NCBI GenBank assembly: GCA_030324005.1 | Contig: JARDVH010000099.1 | Location: 36,292,460 to 36,356,459, forward strand | Direction of reading: 5' to 3' | DNA length: 64,000 nt | DNA from: Negaprion brevirostris | Lineage: Eukaryota | Shown: positions 33,006-44,535 of the stretch, one piece after another | Layout: the number at the start of each line of letters is the position of its first letter | Position numbering within the stretch: position 1 is the first letter of the stretch | The notes under the pieces: model-generated | What the model was told of the DNA's origin: nothing | Databases searched by the model: none | Seen by the model: the letters and a program-made list of their open reading frames with translations, nothing else | Program-made: the position numbers and the translations under genes

Positions 33006-36000
33006 TCAGAGTGAGCTGATAGTAAAGTAAAAGGCCATTTTGATTTGGTTGTGTGTGGCATGGTGGGTCTTTTCTGTCAGTTGTTGATGGCTTGTATCTG
33101 TGGACATAACCCTTTTAAGTAAAGAACTTAGAAATCTGTGAGTTGTTGGACTTTAAAGCACTGCAATTGTCAAGGGAACCTCCTAGCCTTGTTGTCACTG
33201 TTAATTGTAGCCTTTTGATTTGCCCATTTTCATTATCAGGATAACAAATGCTTTTCTGAGCTTGTTAATATATATGTTTGCGGATAATGCTGTTGGGTTG
33301 TGAAGCTGTGTGGAGCTGTCTGAACATCAATTTAGGCCCATAGCAACACTTCCTCTAACATGGTTTTGTTTTGGAACCACTGTTGGTCAAACAAGTTTTT
33401 GTTGTGTGCTGAGCGACTGACCACAAACAAAGCCTCAAGCATCGGACAATGAGAAAGCTGTTTTGCTGGTATACAGGGACAGTTGTGATAGTACAGTGAC
33501 TCACTGGGCATTAGCTGGACAATTAGGCTGAGTGAATCCAAGCAAGCTAAGGAACTGTAGTTTCAATGATTAGAAGGGAGGAAGAAAAGGTGAGGGGGTG
33601 GAGTGAAGAAGTAACGCAAATACCATTTTTTTTCAAAGCATTTTTCTTGTGAAGTATGTTTAATTAGTGAAAAGTTGCTTGGGCTTCAGCAATTTTTGAT
33701 CAGAAGCCATGGAGATCCATTTTGATGAAATTGCATCTGTCTTTTTGTGAATGGCAAAGTTACAGAATAAGCAAACGCTGGATTGTAGCGATGAATGAAA
33801 GCTGCTAATCATATTCATATGGATGAATGAACTGTATCGTCTTTGAGTCCTTTGCTGGCCTGGAGCATAAAGTGATGAATGGAGGAAGAGACAAACACAA
33901 TATCAAGATTTGAAAGATCTAACAGCCCAAAATAACATTGTTTTGTTCAGTCACACCAATGGAGGCACCTTTCCCTTTATAGCAAGTTAACCTATACTGT
34001 AGAATGAGAGAACACCAATTCAAAGTAGCAAGGCTCACTCAAGACCAGAAGCAAGCAAAATTCTTGAGATAATTCATAAGAGGAGTTGGATAAATTATGG
34101 TCAAGAGCAATGTTAAAAAACCTGGCAGTAACTTGTAGCTTGATTATTTATATTCTCCATGGTTACTGTGGGGATGGCGGTATCACCAGCTAGATAAGGA
34201 TTAACAGTGGGGGATGTGGAGAGGGGATTCATGGAGTTTTTGGTATCAGATTCCAGTGATACAGTACTTTCCTTCAGGAGATTATGTAAGCAGGAAATTC
34301 AAAGGTGGGTTAGATTATATTTTCCCATTTGAAGGATTAGGCTTGATGGGCCAAAATTCTGTTGCCCCTTGATCTGAAAAAATTGTATTGTCATTACTAT
34401 TTCAATAACCAAGTTATTTTCTAACAGGAGATTTCCATCCATCTTGTATTTGTCACATAATGCCAGACTTGTTTGTAAAGAGCATGGATGCCCTCAGAAT
34501 TCTGTACATCCTGCTTGCACATCCTCCTGTCAATCTGAACTTTTTGGTTTCCCATGGTGATTGATGCTGCATTTGTGATCTGTAACGCTCATGCTAATGG
34601 CACTAACTTCTAGTGAGCAAGCTTGTTGCAGCCTGCCATAATCCAAAGGCAAACCTGGTAGGTTCCACTGTGGCTGGTGGTTTAACCTGGATTTGCCCAC
34701 TTGCTAATCTCAGCAACTTTATTTATAGGTTTGAAATGACTGTTAGATCCACGAGTCAAATACCAGCAGCTCTGGCACAGGTCTCAGTGGACTGTAAATG
34801 CAACTTAAGACACGCTCCTTCCTCTTTGCTGGCCCATTAATTTATGAGAGCAGAAAGAGACTGTTTCTTTCTACACAATGCATTTTACCAGTGCTGTCAG
34901 GAACTGTCCATGTTGTACATTCCCTCAGTGCTTTCCTGGTTTGTTCAGAGTGTATTTTTTCAGAATGCAATCTATGTTCTGTCTAAGCATTCTGTTTCCC
35001 TAGTTCAGTCTGTGCTGCACACTCCTCTGATGGCTCAATCTGTGCTATTCCAGAAAGCTAAGCCGTGAAAGATAGATTTGGAACTTAATCTTTACATGCC
35101 TTTATTTACAGAGATACAGTTTACAAACATACAATTCCAATCCCAAAATCACAGCTTTAATTTGGTTTTGCATAATAAGCATGTGATTCTAGTTAATGCC
35201 CACCACCTGAATATATTAAACATTCAATTAATGTGCAATTAGTGGGCTCCACCGATGGTTGGGCCCACGCTCTGTGCCACCGATAGCTTGTCCCATGTTT
35301 GGTGTGCTGCTGGTANNNNNNNNNNCTCTACTGTGTGCGTCTCTGGTTTTGGCCTGGCTCTCATTACATTCCACTCTCAGTCAGACTTGTTATTTCTCAG
35401 CTGTGGTCGGGTGCTGAATCCTGACAGTTTTTTTTCGATAACTGAGCAAACTTTTTTACTGCTGTCTGTCTCAAGTGTGCAGCGCTTTCTCTTAAAAAAA
35501 AATTTTACTTTGAAGTGATTTATATATGAATGGAAACTGCGACCTTTCACACTACAGAAATGTACTTCTTTTTCTTTGAGAAATAGCATAGATTCTTGGC
35601 ACAAATGCACAAATTCTTGGCATAAACGCATATTTTTAATTCATAAATCCAAACAAATAATTGAACATCTAAATAATTCATTGAAAAGGTGAATTTGATT
35701 AAAAGAGCAACGTTTGTTCAGAATCTGCAGATGAAAATCTAATAAGGATTTACTGCTTAATTTGACAGTATTTTGGTGCAGTTTAAAGATGCTTGTTAGA
35801 ATGATGCTGCCTTTCTCCAAGTGATTGGGATGAGCTTAAAAAGCACACCTCTAGGTGCAAGGAGTTGGTAACTGCTCCCTATTTACCATTGTTGGTTGGG
35901 TCTCTTGTGCTAAACTCTGAATCAACAGGAGGTGTAAGCGGCCACTGTTATATCAGCTGGTGAGGGATGGTTGTTAGGCTAAGGCAGCTGTATAATTTTC

Positions 36001-37104
36001 AGCCACAAAGAATAAATGTAATATTTTCAACAGCCCAAGTATTATTGGATTTGCATGTATTTCTGTTTCTGGTCAAAACCTACTTGCTTTCTGTGAAGGT
36101 AATGGTAGCCATTTTTCTTCTAAAATATAAGGATGTATTTCGTAAGCCTTTTGTCCAGGTGTGCAGTCTTACAGAATTTACCCTGAAGAGAGGATCCAGT
36201 TGAAATATCAGCATGACAGTATACTTGCATTGTGATTGGCAATACAAATAAACTGCAAATGTCAGAGGTATTTTGGTGGTTGACCCATTTTCCAGAAGAG
36301 ATCACGGTTTACACCTGAAAGTTTAGAAAATTTGGCTTTGCACTTGCTAATAGACCTGCTGTAATTTCCTGTACATGATTACCTAGGATTGCTTAAAATC
36401 ATAAGAAGAAAATGTGGACTCATTGGATTGAGGCCTGTTAAAACATGCAGTATTCATTTAAAGTTTGATCTTGTGATCATTTTCGTGGAGATAGTAAAAC
36501 ACTGCATTTTGTCGAAGGAAAAAGACTGTTGAATTTTAAGTTTATTCCTCTCTACCCTAATTGGAATTTTTAGTAGTTGCTTAGTATCAGTGTATGTTTT
36601 TTTCATCCCTAGTATTGCCTTCACAATTGAGATCTGAGTGCCTCAGTTTGTTGTTTTTGTAACATTCCTGTGAAGGTATAAAAGCAAATAGTATATGGAA
36701 TAACAGCGTTATGATATGAAAGGAGCTTCGTCAGGCTCAGTTATGGTTGCAGTGAGCATTTTAATCGAAAGGTAAGGGTGATAATGCAGTTGTGTCCCTG
36801 CTCCAGAAACCTTTGTCAGAAATTAATCTCACCTTCCATAGATCTTTGAACTGTTCTGATATTTTCCTCCTCCTTTTACACTCCATGGCCAGAATTTTCC
36901 AGCTCTAGTGCCTGGATATAGTGAGCCAGCCAAACATCCATTGACTTTCGTGGAACCATAAAAACCCAACCTTACATGTGGTTGCCTGTTAGATTTGAGG
37001 GTGGACAACAAACTACTTAGAACTAAGTTATGAGATTTCTTGCAACTCCGAGGTAAATCCACATAATGTTGAAAAAGAAAGGGCAAAATATAATAGTTGG
37101 AAAA

Positions 37105-37455
37105 AGAAAAAGCAAACCTGTGTTCCTACAGTTCCTTTCACATACTCAGCACATCCCAAAGTGGTTCCAGCCAATGGTTTATTTTCAAAGTGTAGTCACG
37201 ATTAAGTGGGCTACTATTACATGTAGCCTACTTGCACCAAATAAAGTCTTGCGGACAACAGTGTTTGATTTGTTTTTGGAATGTTGGGCTGTTGGCTGAG
37301 GATAAGTGTTGGCCAGATACTGGGACAGCTCTCTTGCCCTCCTTCAAATCTTTTTACATTCATTTGATTAGACAGATGGGATCATGTTTGATGTCTTATC
37401 TGCAGGATTCCTTCAGTGCTGATATCAGTGTAGATTCTGTGGTCAAGAGCTCAGT
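37105..37455 (-). mobile_element. Deu-domain-like SINE (SacSINE1/AmnSINE1-like), decayed
   Basis: Tail CCTTTCAC..CTCAGCACATCCCAAAGTG..CCAGCCAAT..AAGTGTAGTCAC (also at 44316-44400), followed by GAGGATAAGTGTTGGCCAG...TCTTTTTACATTCA...AGACAGATGGG. Family assignment from memory. Confidence 0.6.
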
Positions 37456-37757
37456 TGCATAATAATGTGTCAATAAGGTTTGATATCAAGGTGGCTAAAG
37501 GAAGGAGTGGTTGAATCAACAGGTGGTGTTAGTGGCCATTGTTATGCTAAGTCAAGGCTGCTGTGTAATTGGTGGATTTTAATGTTAAAGTTTTATTTTG
37601 ATAAATTGTAACAACTGGATTTAAAGAACATTTTAAAAATTTGTTTATTTGTTATATAACATCAGTTAACCTGGTGGTTATTCTCCATTTTAACTTTAAT
37701 ATCTAAAATCACTTTTTCCTATCCCTTCTCTCATAATTTTGTTGAAATACACATTGT

Positions 37758-38315
37758 TTAATTCATTGGATGTGAGTGTCGCTGGTTGGGCCAGCATTTA
37801 TTGCCAATCCCCAATTGACTCTTAAATACTCTCTGAAATGGCAATCATATTGTTGAAGAGTATTAATGGACCAGATGGATTTTATAACAATGGTCATTTT
37901 TTTTAATCCCATGGAATTTTGATTCTATACTTTTGTGGACTTCAAATTTTACCATTTGCTGTAGTGGGATTCAAATCCAGGTTCCCAGAGCTGCTCACAG
38001 CACCAGGGACTCAGGCCCGATTCCTGGCTTGGACCACTATTTGTGTGGAGTTTGCACATTCTCCCCTTGTCTGTGTGGGTTTCCTCCAGATACTCCGGTT
38101 TCCTTCCACAGTCTAAAGATGTGCAGGTTAGTTGAATTGGCCATACTAAATTCTCCCTCAGTGTACGCGAACAGGCGCTGGAGTGTGGCAACTCGAGGAT
38201 TTTCACAGTAACTTCATTGCAGTGTGAATGTAAGCCTACTTGTGATTAATAAATTTTAGAGCATTACCCTGAATCTCTGGATTACTAGTTTAATGACAGT
38301 AGCACTATGATATCC
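37758..38315 (-). mobile_element. SINE of the 30448 family, split by a younger SINE
   Basis: Reverse-complement match to 30448-30825 on both sides of the insert (GTGGGATTCAAATCC...CCCAGAGC | ATTACCCTG...CTCTGGATTACTAGT..AATGACA). Confidence 0.8.
37992..38257 (+). mobile_element. 5'-truncated HE1/V-SINE-like SINE with an alternative tail
   Basis: Body TGTGTGGAGTTTGCACATTCTCCCC...GTGGGTTTCCTCC and tail ATTTTCACAGTAACTTCATTGCAGTG...AATAAA. AGAGC is duplicated at 37987-37991 and 38258-38262. Confidence 0.9.
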
Positions 38316-38465
38316 AGGATAATTTAGAATGTAAATGAAATTCATAGAGATTGTGATGAATTGGAATACATGATGTGGAGATGCCGGTGTTGGACTGGGG
38401 TAAACACAGTAAGAAGTCTCACAACACCAGGTTAAAGTCCAACAGGTTTATTTGGTAGTAAACAC

Positions 38466-38499
38466 CACTAGATTTCAGACGCTGTTCCTTCATCAGGTG
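38466..38499 (-). ncRNA. Degenerate minimal type I hammerhead ribozyme motif
   Basis: The reverse strand reads CAC-CTGATGA-A-GGAAC-AGC-GTCT-GAAA-TC-TA-GTG. The core boxes, stem I (CAC/GTG) and UA cleavage site are present. Stems II and III are mutated. Confidence 0.7.
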
Positions 38500-38724
38500 A
38501 GTGGAGAGTTCTGATCACAAACAGGGCATATAAAGGCACACACCGTTTACAGAATACTGATTAGAATGCAAGTCTTTACAGCTAACCTGCTATTCAAGTC
38601 TTAAAGATGCAGACAACGTGAGCGGAGAGTGAGTGGTTAAAGAGATGTGTGTTGGCTCCTGTCTGGAGACGATACACATCTCTTTAACCTATGCAAATGC
38701 TATCTCGACTCACATTATCCTGTA

Positions 38725-39050
38725 AGTTTCAATAAAACCGCCACTCATTCGTCGAAACTCCAACGAGTACAGATCCAGAGTCCTCAACCTTTCCATGTAC
38801 TACAAGCTTTTCATTCTTGTGAACCTCCATTCATCCCTTTCCAAGGCCAGCACATCCTTCTTTAGATATGGGGCCCAAAACTACTCCAATACTCTAAGTG
38901 TGGTCTCACCAGAGCCTCATAAAGCCACAGATACCCACCCTCTAACCAGTGAAAAAGTATCTTCTCAAATCCCCTCTAAGTCTCCTACTCCTGAGCTTAA
39001 ATGTGCCAGAACAGCTATTAGACTGCAGCTTTGTCGATGATCTCGGGAGT
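38725..39050 (-). mobile_element. CR1 fragments
   Basis: AGATATGGGGCCCAAAACTACTCCAATACTCTAAGTGTGGTCTCACCAG is the reverse complement of the LVRPHLEY...FWAPYL motif. A second piece reads FKLRSRRLRGDLRRYFFT. Confidence 0.85.
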
Positions 39051-39136
39051 ATCTGATGCTTTTCATTATATTTTTGATTTTGTTTTGCCTCTAAGTTATT
39101 AGGTAAGGGATATAAACTTTGTAAACAAAACAATTC

Positions 39137-39328
39137 TGATGAAGGAAGAGCGGTGGATGTGGTTTCCATGGACTTCAGCAAGGTGTTTGATAAAGTCCCC
39201 CATGCAAGACTTATTGAAAAGGCGAGAGGGCATGGGATCCAAGGGGCTGTTGCCTTGTGGATCCAGAACTGGCTTGCCTGCAGAAGGCAGAGAGTGGTTG
39301 TGGATGGGTCTTTTTCTGCATGGAGGTC
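39137..39328 (+). mobile_element. CR1 reverse transcriptase fragment
   Basis: DEGRAVDVVSMDFSKVFDKVPHARLIEKARGHGIQGAVALWIQNWLACRRQRVVVDGSFSAWR. Runs into a gap. Confidence 0.95.
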
Positions 39329-39616
39329 NNNNNNNNNNNNNNNNNNNNNNNNNNNNNNNNNNNNNNNNNNNNNNNNNNNNNNNNNNNNNNNNNNNNNNNN
39401 NNNNNNNNNNNNNNNNNNNNNNNNNNNNNNNNNNNNNNNNNNNNNNNNNNNNNNNNNNNNNNNNNNNNNNNNNNNNNNNNNNNNNNNNNNNNNNNNNNNN
39501 NNNNNNNNNNNNNNNNNNNNNNNNNNNNNNNNNNNNNNNNNNNNNNNNNNNNNNNNNNNNNNNNNNNNNNNNNNNNNNNNNNNNNNNNNNNNNNNNNNNN
39601 NNNNNNNNNNNNNNNN

Positions 39617-39847
39617 ATAAGCTAACCCCCTCATCTCCGGAATCAACCTGGTGAACCTTCTCTGCACTCCCTCCAAAGCCAATATATCCTTTCACAAATA
39701 AGGGGACCAAAATTGCACACAGTACTCTAGTTGCAGCCTCACCACTACCTTGTACAATTGCAGCAAGACCTCCCTGCTTTTATAATCCATCCGTCTCGCG
39801 ATAAAGGCCAACATTCCATTTGTCTTCTTGATCACCTGCTGCACCTG
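39617..39847 (-). mobile_element. CR1 ORF2 C-terminal fragment
   Basis: QVQQVIKKTNGMLAFIARRMDYKSREVLLQLYKVVVRLQLEYCVQFWSPYL and ALEGVQRRFTRLIPEMRGLAY. Confidence 0.95.
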
Positions 39848-39876
39848 ACAAAGGAACAGCGTTCCAAAAGCTAGTG
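39842..39876 (+). ncRNA. Degenerate minimal type I hammerhead ribozyme motif
   Basis: CAC-CTGACAA-A-GGAAC-AGC-GTTCC-AAAA-GC-TA-GTG. Stem II (GGAAC/GTTCC) is perfect and stem I is CAC/GTG. The two core changes are G>A after C, consistent with CpG decay. Confidence 0.65.
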
Positions 39877-41462
39877 GCATTTACTACCAAATAAACCTGT
39901 TGGACTTTAACCTGGTGTTGTGAGATGACTTAATGAATTGGAATATCCAGAGATCTCATTGCCTCAAAGTTCTTTGTAACTGCTGGCATATTTCTCTTGC
40001 TCTGATTCCTCACCCCTCCATGCTTCTGACCCCATCCATATCCCTCCACTCTACTGACTCACCCTTGGTGGTCCTGAGCCTCAGTGTAAACTGCCATTCT
40101 CCTGCTCTCCTTCACTATTCCACAGAATATACAAAGCTGACAGTTTTATAAATATACAAAGCTGACAGCTACACACCACCTTTAAATGACTGGGAACCAG
40201 CCATTATGACATTCTTATGAGTGTATGCCACTGATTATATCCTTGAGATGGGACATTATTGAAAATGGCTTCATGCTCACGGCATGCAAATATACTTGTT
40301 AAAAGTATGAATCCGCCACCATCCAGTATAATGCTCAACACTCTGCACACGTGCTGCTGACTTTATCTCTGCATCTCAGTTGCTGTTGGAAAATCATGAT
40401 TTAACATTCCACCTCATTAAATCACACCATGTTTCCTGCTCTTGCAGGTTCCATAAAAATACCCCCCTTCTCCCTGTGTCTGTCTTAGTTTATGCCTCAC
40501 AAAAAAGTGACCAATCATGCCTTGAATGTCCACTTTTTGTTAGGTTTGTTGATGTCCCATTGAAACTAACTGCCTTATGGATTCAATTGGCCTGCGTGGG
40601 ATTCGCAGCAGTCTTCAAAAGTTAAAATGTGAGAGTGATGTGAGGAAGTTGTTTTTGGGTTAGAGTGCATTTGGTAATAATACCTTTATTTCATGATAGA
40701 TAAATGACATTTTGAAATATGAGGGTCACTGTAATTAAAGGTCACTACAGCAGCCAACCTGCATTCGGCCAGGTCCCATATAAAATGGAGATAAATGGCC
40801 ACCTAGTCTTTTGACAAATAAATATGTTCTGGGCTTTGGCAGAACTCACTGCTCTTTTATGGTACTTTTGGATCTTTTGCAAGCAATTTTAATCTCCCAC
40901 TAGCAGGAGATTGGTGGGGTTGGGGTGAGTTTTGGGGGTGCGAAGGGGTGGTGTGTTAAATTAGTAAATATGTGAAACCTGACCACATTCCAACATGAAA
41001 GCGCCTGCTTCCAATTAATGGTGCCAGATTTTGGCAATTGGGATAACCTGTTCAGGAGAGGCAAGTCTGTAATTATAATATTTAAATGAATTTTGTTCCA
41101 CCAATGTTAGCAGCTATTTAAATTTAATGCAGCAAACATGGTAACTAAAGGGAACGGTGATGGGAAGAGGGGGACTGCCAACTCCAGCAGAAAAATGCTT
41201 ATGGGTCAACAGAATCAACATTGGTTGTTTCCCCAAGCCTTTCCAGCAAGTCTTCTTCCCTGATCTGCTGATCTCCCCAGATCTTTTGCTTGTTGTCACG
41301 ATCCCAACTGCGGTTTTCCACTGTTGGAGTTCCCTCCCTGCAACTGACTATGCTCTCAATCTAGCTGGCTCCTGAGAGAGAAGCTGTATTTAAAAACAAA
41401 AGGAGGCTGCAAGATGCTAAAAATCAGATCCGTGCAAATGGTTTGATATCTTTCCAGCATGT

Positions 41463-41503
41463 TCTCTCTCTCTCTCTCTCTCGCCACTCCTCCTCCTCCT
41501 CCC
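41463..41503. repeat. (TC)n and (CCT)n simple repeats
   Basis: Directly visible TCTCTCTC... and CTCCTCCTCC tracts. Confidence 0.9.
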
Positions 41504-42399
41504 GCACCATTGATGTTTCCCATCTCTCTGGTGTATTGTCATGCTGGCGTGAATCATTACTGCTCTATAAAACTGTGGTCAGGCATAACAGTACTGAAGG
41601 GGAGCGAGGAGGAGTGTACCACTGAGCACCAACCCCTAGACTGTATGGGGAGGGTGCGCTCAGACACTGTGGGGTTGGCTGAGGGGCTTGCATGGGTGCA
41701 GGGCTTGGGGGTGCTCATGCCAATATGGGGGGGGCGGTCCCCAGATTGGGTGTCGCTGCTGGCTTGGTCTCATGATGAGCTCATTCTGCCTGGCCACTGA
41801 ATGACCCCCGAGGGGTTGAATATGAAGTTGACTCCCCAACCCCACTGATGTCGCTCTGGCTACCCTGCCACCTGTCTGCTGGATAGGACCTGTGGTTTCT
41901 GTTGACATTCCATCCCAGACTTCACTAATAGTGACAAACACCACGTCTGGCAGCTGTCACCTCAGTCAAAAGAATTCTGCAGATACAACACAATTCCTCA
42001 CACTGCATGGTCTCTGCAGTGCTCGATACAAAGACAACTCATTTCATGATAGTTACGTGGGTGCTTGTCCATTGTTGGTTGGAGTTGCAAGCTATATCTG
42101 GAAGCCACTGCCCAGAAATTCAGGTGGGTGCACTCAGGAGTTCATATTGGGCACCCCCTCTCAGCCACCTAAGTGCTCTCCGAGCGTACTATGGTGAGGA
42201 TGTAGCAATGGCATTCCATTCTATTGCATTGCACCGGAAATATTGTTGGTTTGCCAGTGTCCAGATTCGGGATACGAGTGGCTGGGAGGGAATGTGGAGC
42301 CAGGGTTGTGTAATCTTACTGATTCATTCTTTCTGTCTGTTCTACTCCCATGTCACCGGGCCCTGCCAGTCATGGAGGTCCAATTGCTTCTGACTCATG

Positions 42400-43369
42400 T
42401 TGTGTGAGCCCTCAGCGATAGACCTCCGAGTCTGGAGCAAGTTCTGGATCCCTGCAGAAAGTACCCACTAAGCTTGGGTGGAGCTCTCAAGGCCCACAGC
42501 CATGGCCCACTATGTCTTGAGCATGATTCTGAGGCCTGTAGCAATGGCTTGCTGACACTCGACAATGTCTTGGACCCTGCCACCCATGATAACCGTTTCC
42601 TGCCCCAGACTTTCCACTACAGTTGCCACCCTTGCAGTGTTGGCCTAAGCACTGTGCAATGCTGGCACCACCTCCTGCAACCAGAAGTTGTGGGTCTCTT
42701 CAGAACAGCATTACAGTTGCTGCAGTGTTGCTGACGGTCCCTCCTGCAATCACTGGCTCCACATTTCCAGCAGTATTTGGAGAACTGATGCCAACGGTTC
42801 GGCAACTGGCTGGGGGCCAGGTGATTTCTTGGCTCTGGGAGACCTCTGTGTTTCCAACCCTCGGACATTTCTGCCTCCATCTGATGTGCATCATGACTTA
42901 TGTGCTCACCAGAAAATGGCCATGAAGCCTCACCACTAACATGTTCCACGTGGTGACTGTATTTGCACTGGTGGATGGTGCTTATGATGTCTGTGTCAAC
43001 TGCTGGGTGCTTTCTTCCAAGGTGTCATTGAAGCCTTCCTCTGGGGATTTGATGGGGATCTCAGTGGGGGCAGCGAGGGGACACTGACTCCTGAGGGCCC
43101 AGCCTCATCAGGTTCTGCCTCTGCAAAAGACACATGGGTAAGTGCAAGGGAGGGACAAGTATCTGGGCTGATTGCAACTTACTCTACAAAGGTAATATGT
43201 TTTGAGGTTTTGTAGTTCCTCACTTTGTGGCATGCCCTGACCTGGCTGTTGGTCACAGCTCTATCCCCTAACAGCTCCATTGCTCGCTTCTTGAAAATGG
43301 TTAGGATGCTCAGCTTGGGGATGCCACCTCTGGTCTTTGCATGCATTGGCAAATATGGGCCATTTTCTA
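42400..43369 (-). pseudogene. Fossil PIF/Harbinger Myb/SANT-like accessory gene with intron-exon structure
   Basis: A reverse-strand exon at 43369-43224 lies between CCTTCTCTCACAG and GTGAGG. It reads *KMAHI...KTRGGIPKLSILTIFKKRAMELLG (one stop, one frameshift), resembling EKxAHN..R..TGGG.P...LT..E.RA. The next acceptor (TGTCTTTTGCAG) opens a Ser/Thr/Pro-rich exon at 43120. It lies in a GC-richer island of about 41400-43470. Confidence 0.65.
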
Positions 43370-44309
43370 CTGTGAGAGAAGGGGGATTTGAAAGCTTGAT
43401 GGCTGGAAGGAATCGAGGTGTCAGGATGGAGTGGTTGGGTGGTGTGTGTATGTTGGGGCCGTGCCTTGGCTAAGCATGCAGAGCCTGGAATGAGGAACAG
43501 TGTTCTGGATTATCAGTCAGTGCCGACATTGGGCCAGACTGGCACAATATAAAAGCAGCTTTTGAATTTAATACCTGGGCTATTGTGTTCTGCATAGTTA
43601 CCTCAAGTCACTAAACAAGAAAATTAATTTCAGTATGTACTGGAGATTGCCTTTTTAATTACAGCAAATTTGTTTTTGAAAACTTTCCCAAGAAACACGT
43701 AGTTAGTAACACAACGGGCTAATGACATGATAGGATTGCAGACAAAAATCCCTTCTTCAAGGAAGCCATGGCCAGTGTATTGGAAATGAAGGAAAGATAA
43801 ATGGATTCTTCATAAGAGAGGCATGACACATCCATTCAGATCTTAGAAGGCCAACAGTTGTATTTAACACTATCTGCAGTAATACCAGCATATACAAGCT
43901 AGAGCTTGCAGAGAAACTAATAAAAGACTTCTGTTTTACTAGGGTCAGAAATGTATCCACTTGTGCATTAAGAAGTTTATTTCACGCTTTTTATCTTGTC
44001 ACTAGCAGTTAAAAGTTTTTTTAGGCTCAATTTTTCAGGCTCTGAATTAGGGTGCAAGGCAATCAGGAGGTTCAAGGCCTGTCCAAAATGAGCTTCTGGC
44101 TTCATTTCAATAATTTAGGTGAGCTGCCCGCCATGTCTCCACAAGTCTGAATATTATGCCTTGCTCCGGAATCTGTAAACCTGTTGGTGTAGCACTGAGG
44201 GATAAGCACTGCCTTTCAAGGAAGTTTGCTTTCCCATTTTGGGTAAATATGAGGGGGAACGGTAGCAAGGTTTTTTGGCCAGGTAGCCAGTGCTGTTAAA
44301 TTGTTATAT

Positions 44310-44410
44310 CATTGAAAGTAGCACCTTTCATGACCTCAGGATGTCCCAAAGTGCTTTCCAGCCAATTAAGTACTCTGGAAGTGTAGTCACTGTTGTACTG
44401 GAGACTTGAA
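44310..44410 (-). mobile_element. Deu-like SINE 3' tail
   Basis: TAGCACCTTTCATGACCTCAGGATGTCCCAAAGTGCTTTCCAGCCAAT...GAAGTGTAGTCACTGTTGTA matches 37125-37200. Confidence 0.7.
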
Positions 44411-44420
44411 GCCTGATGTT

Positions 44421-44535
44421 CTGACCGTGCTTGCCCCAAGACCAGAAATTCCCACCCGAGGTCAGCTGACCTTTGCATGGTCCATCCCCATCCGCTAAGA
44501 TTCCCGTAGCAGGCGTGATAGGAAAATTCCATCCG
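44421..44535. mobile_element. MITE, same family as 2868-2995
   Basis: Reverse-complement homology to 2868-2995. Terminal GGAAAATTCCATCC. Confidence 0.75.

Larger units (their letters stand above)
38371..39926. mobile_element. Penelope-like fold-back element (family 2), right arm interrupted by CR1 fragments
   Basis: 38407-38500 is the reverse complement of 39842-39926 (…ACCAAATAAACCTGTTGGACTTTAACCTGGTGTTGTGAGA). The symmetry centre is a 25-bp-arm hairpin at 38635-38689. Confidence 0.8.

Noticed and set aside
40126-40168. 18-bp tandem duplication AATATACAAAGCTGACAG
   Set aside because: A simple local duplication with two copies only. It is not an array and is not CRISPR-like.
43095-43115. 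Other CTGATGA occurrences (43105 minus strand, 39136, 59648)
   Set aside because: They have no downstream stem II plus GAAA plus UH arrangement and no stem I. One is CR1 coding sequence and one lies within the Harbinger fossil.
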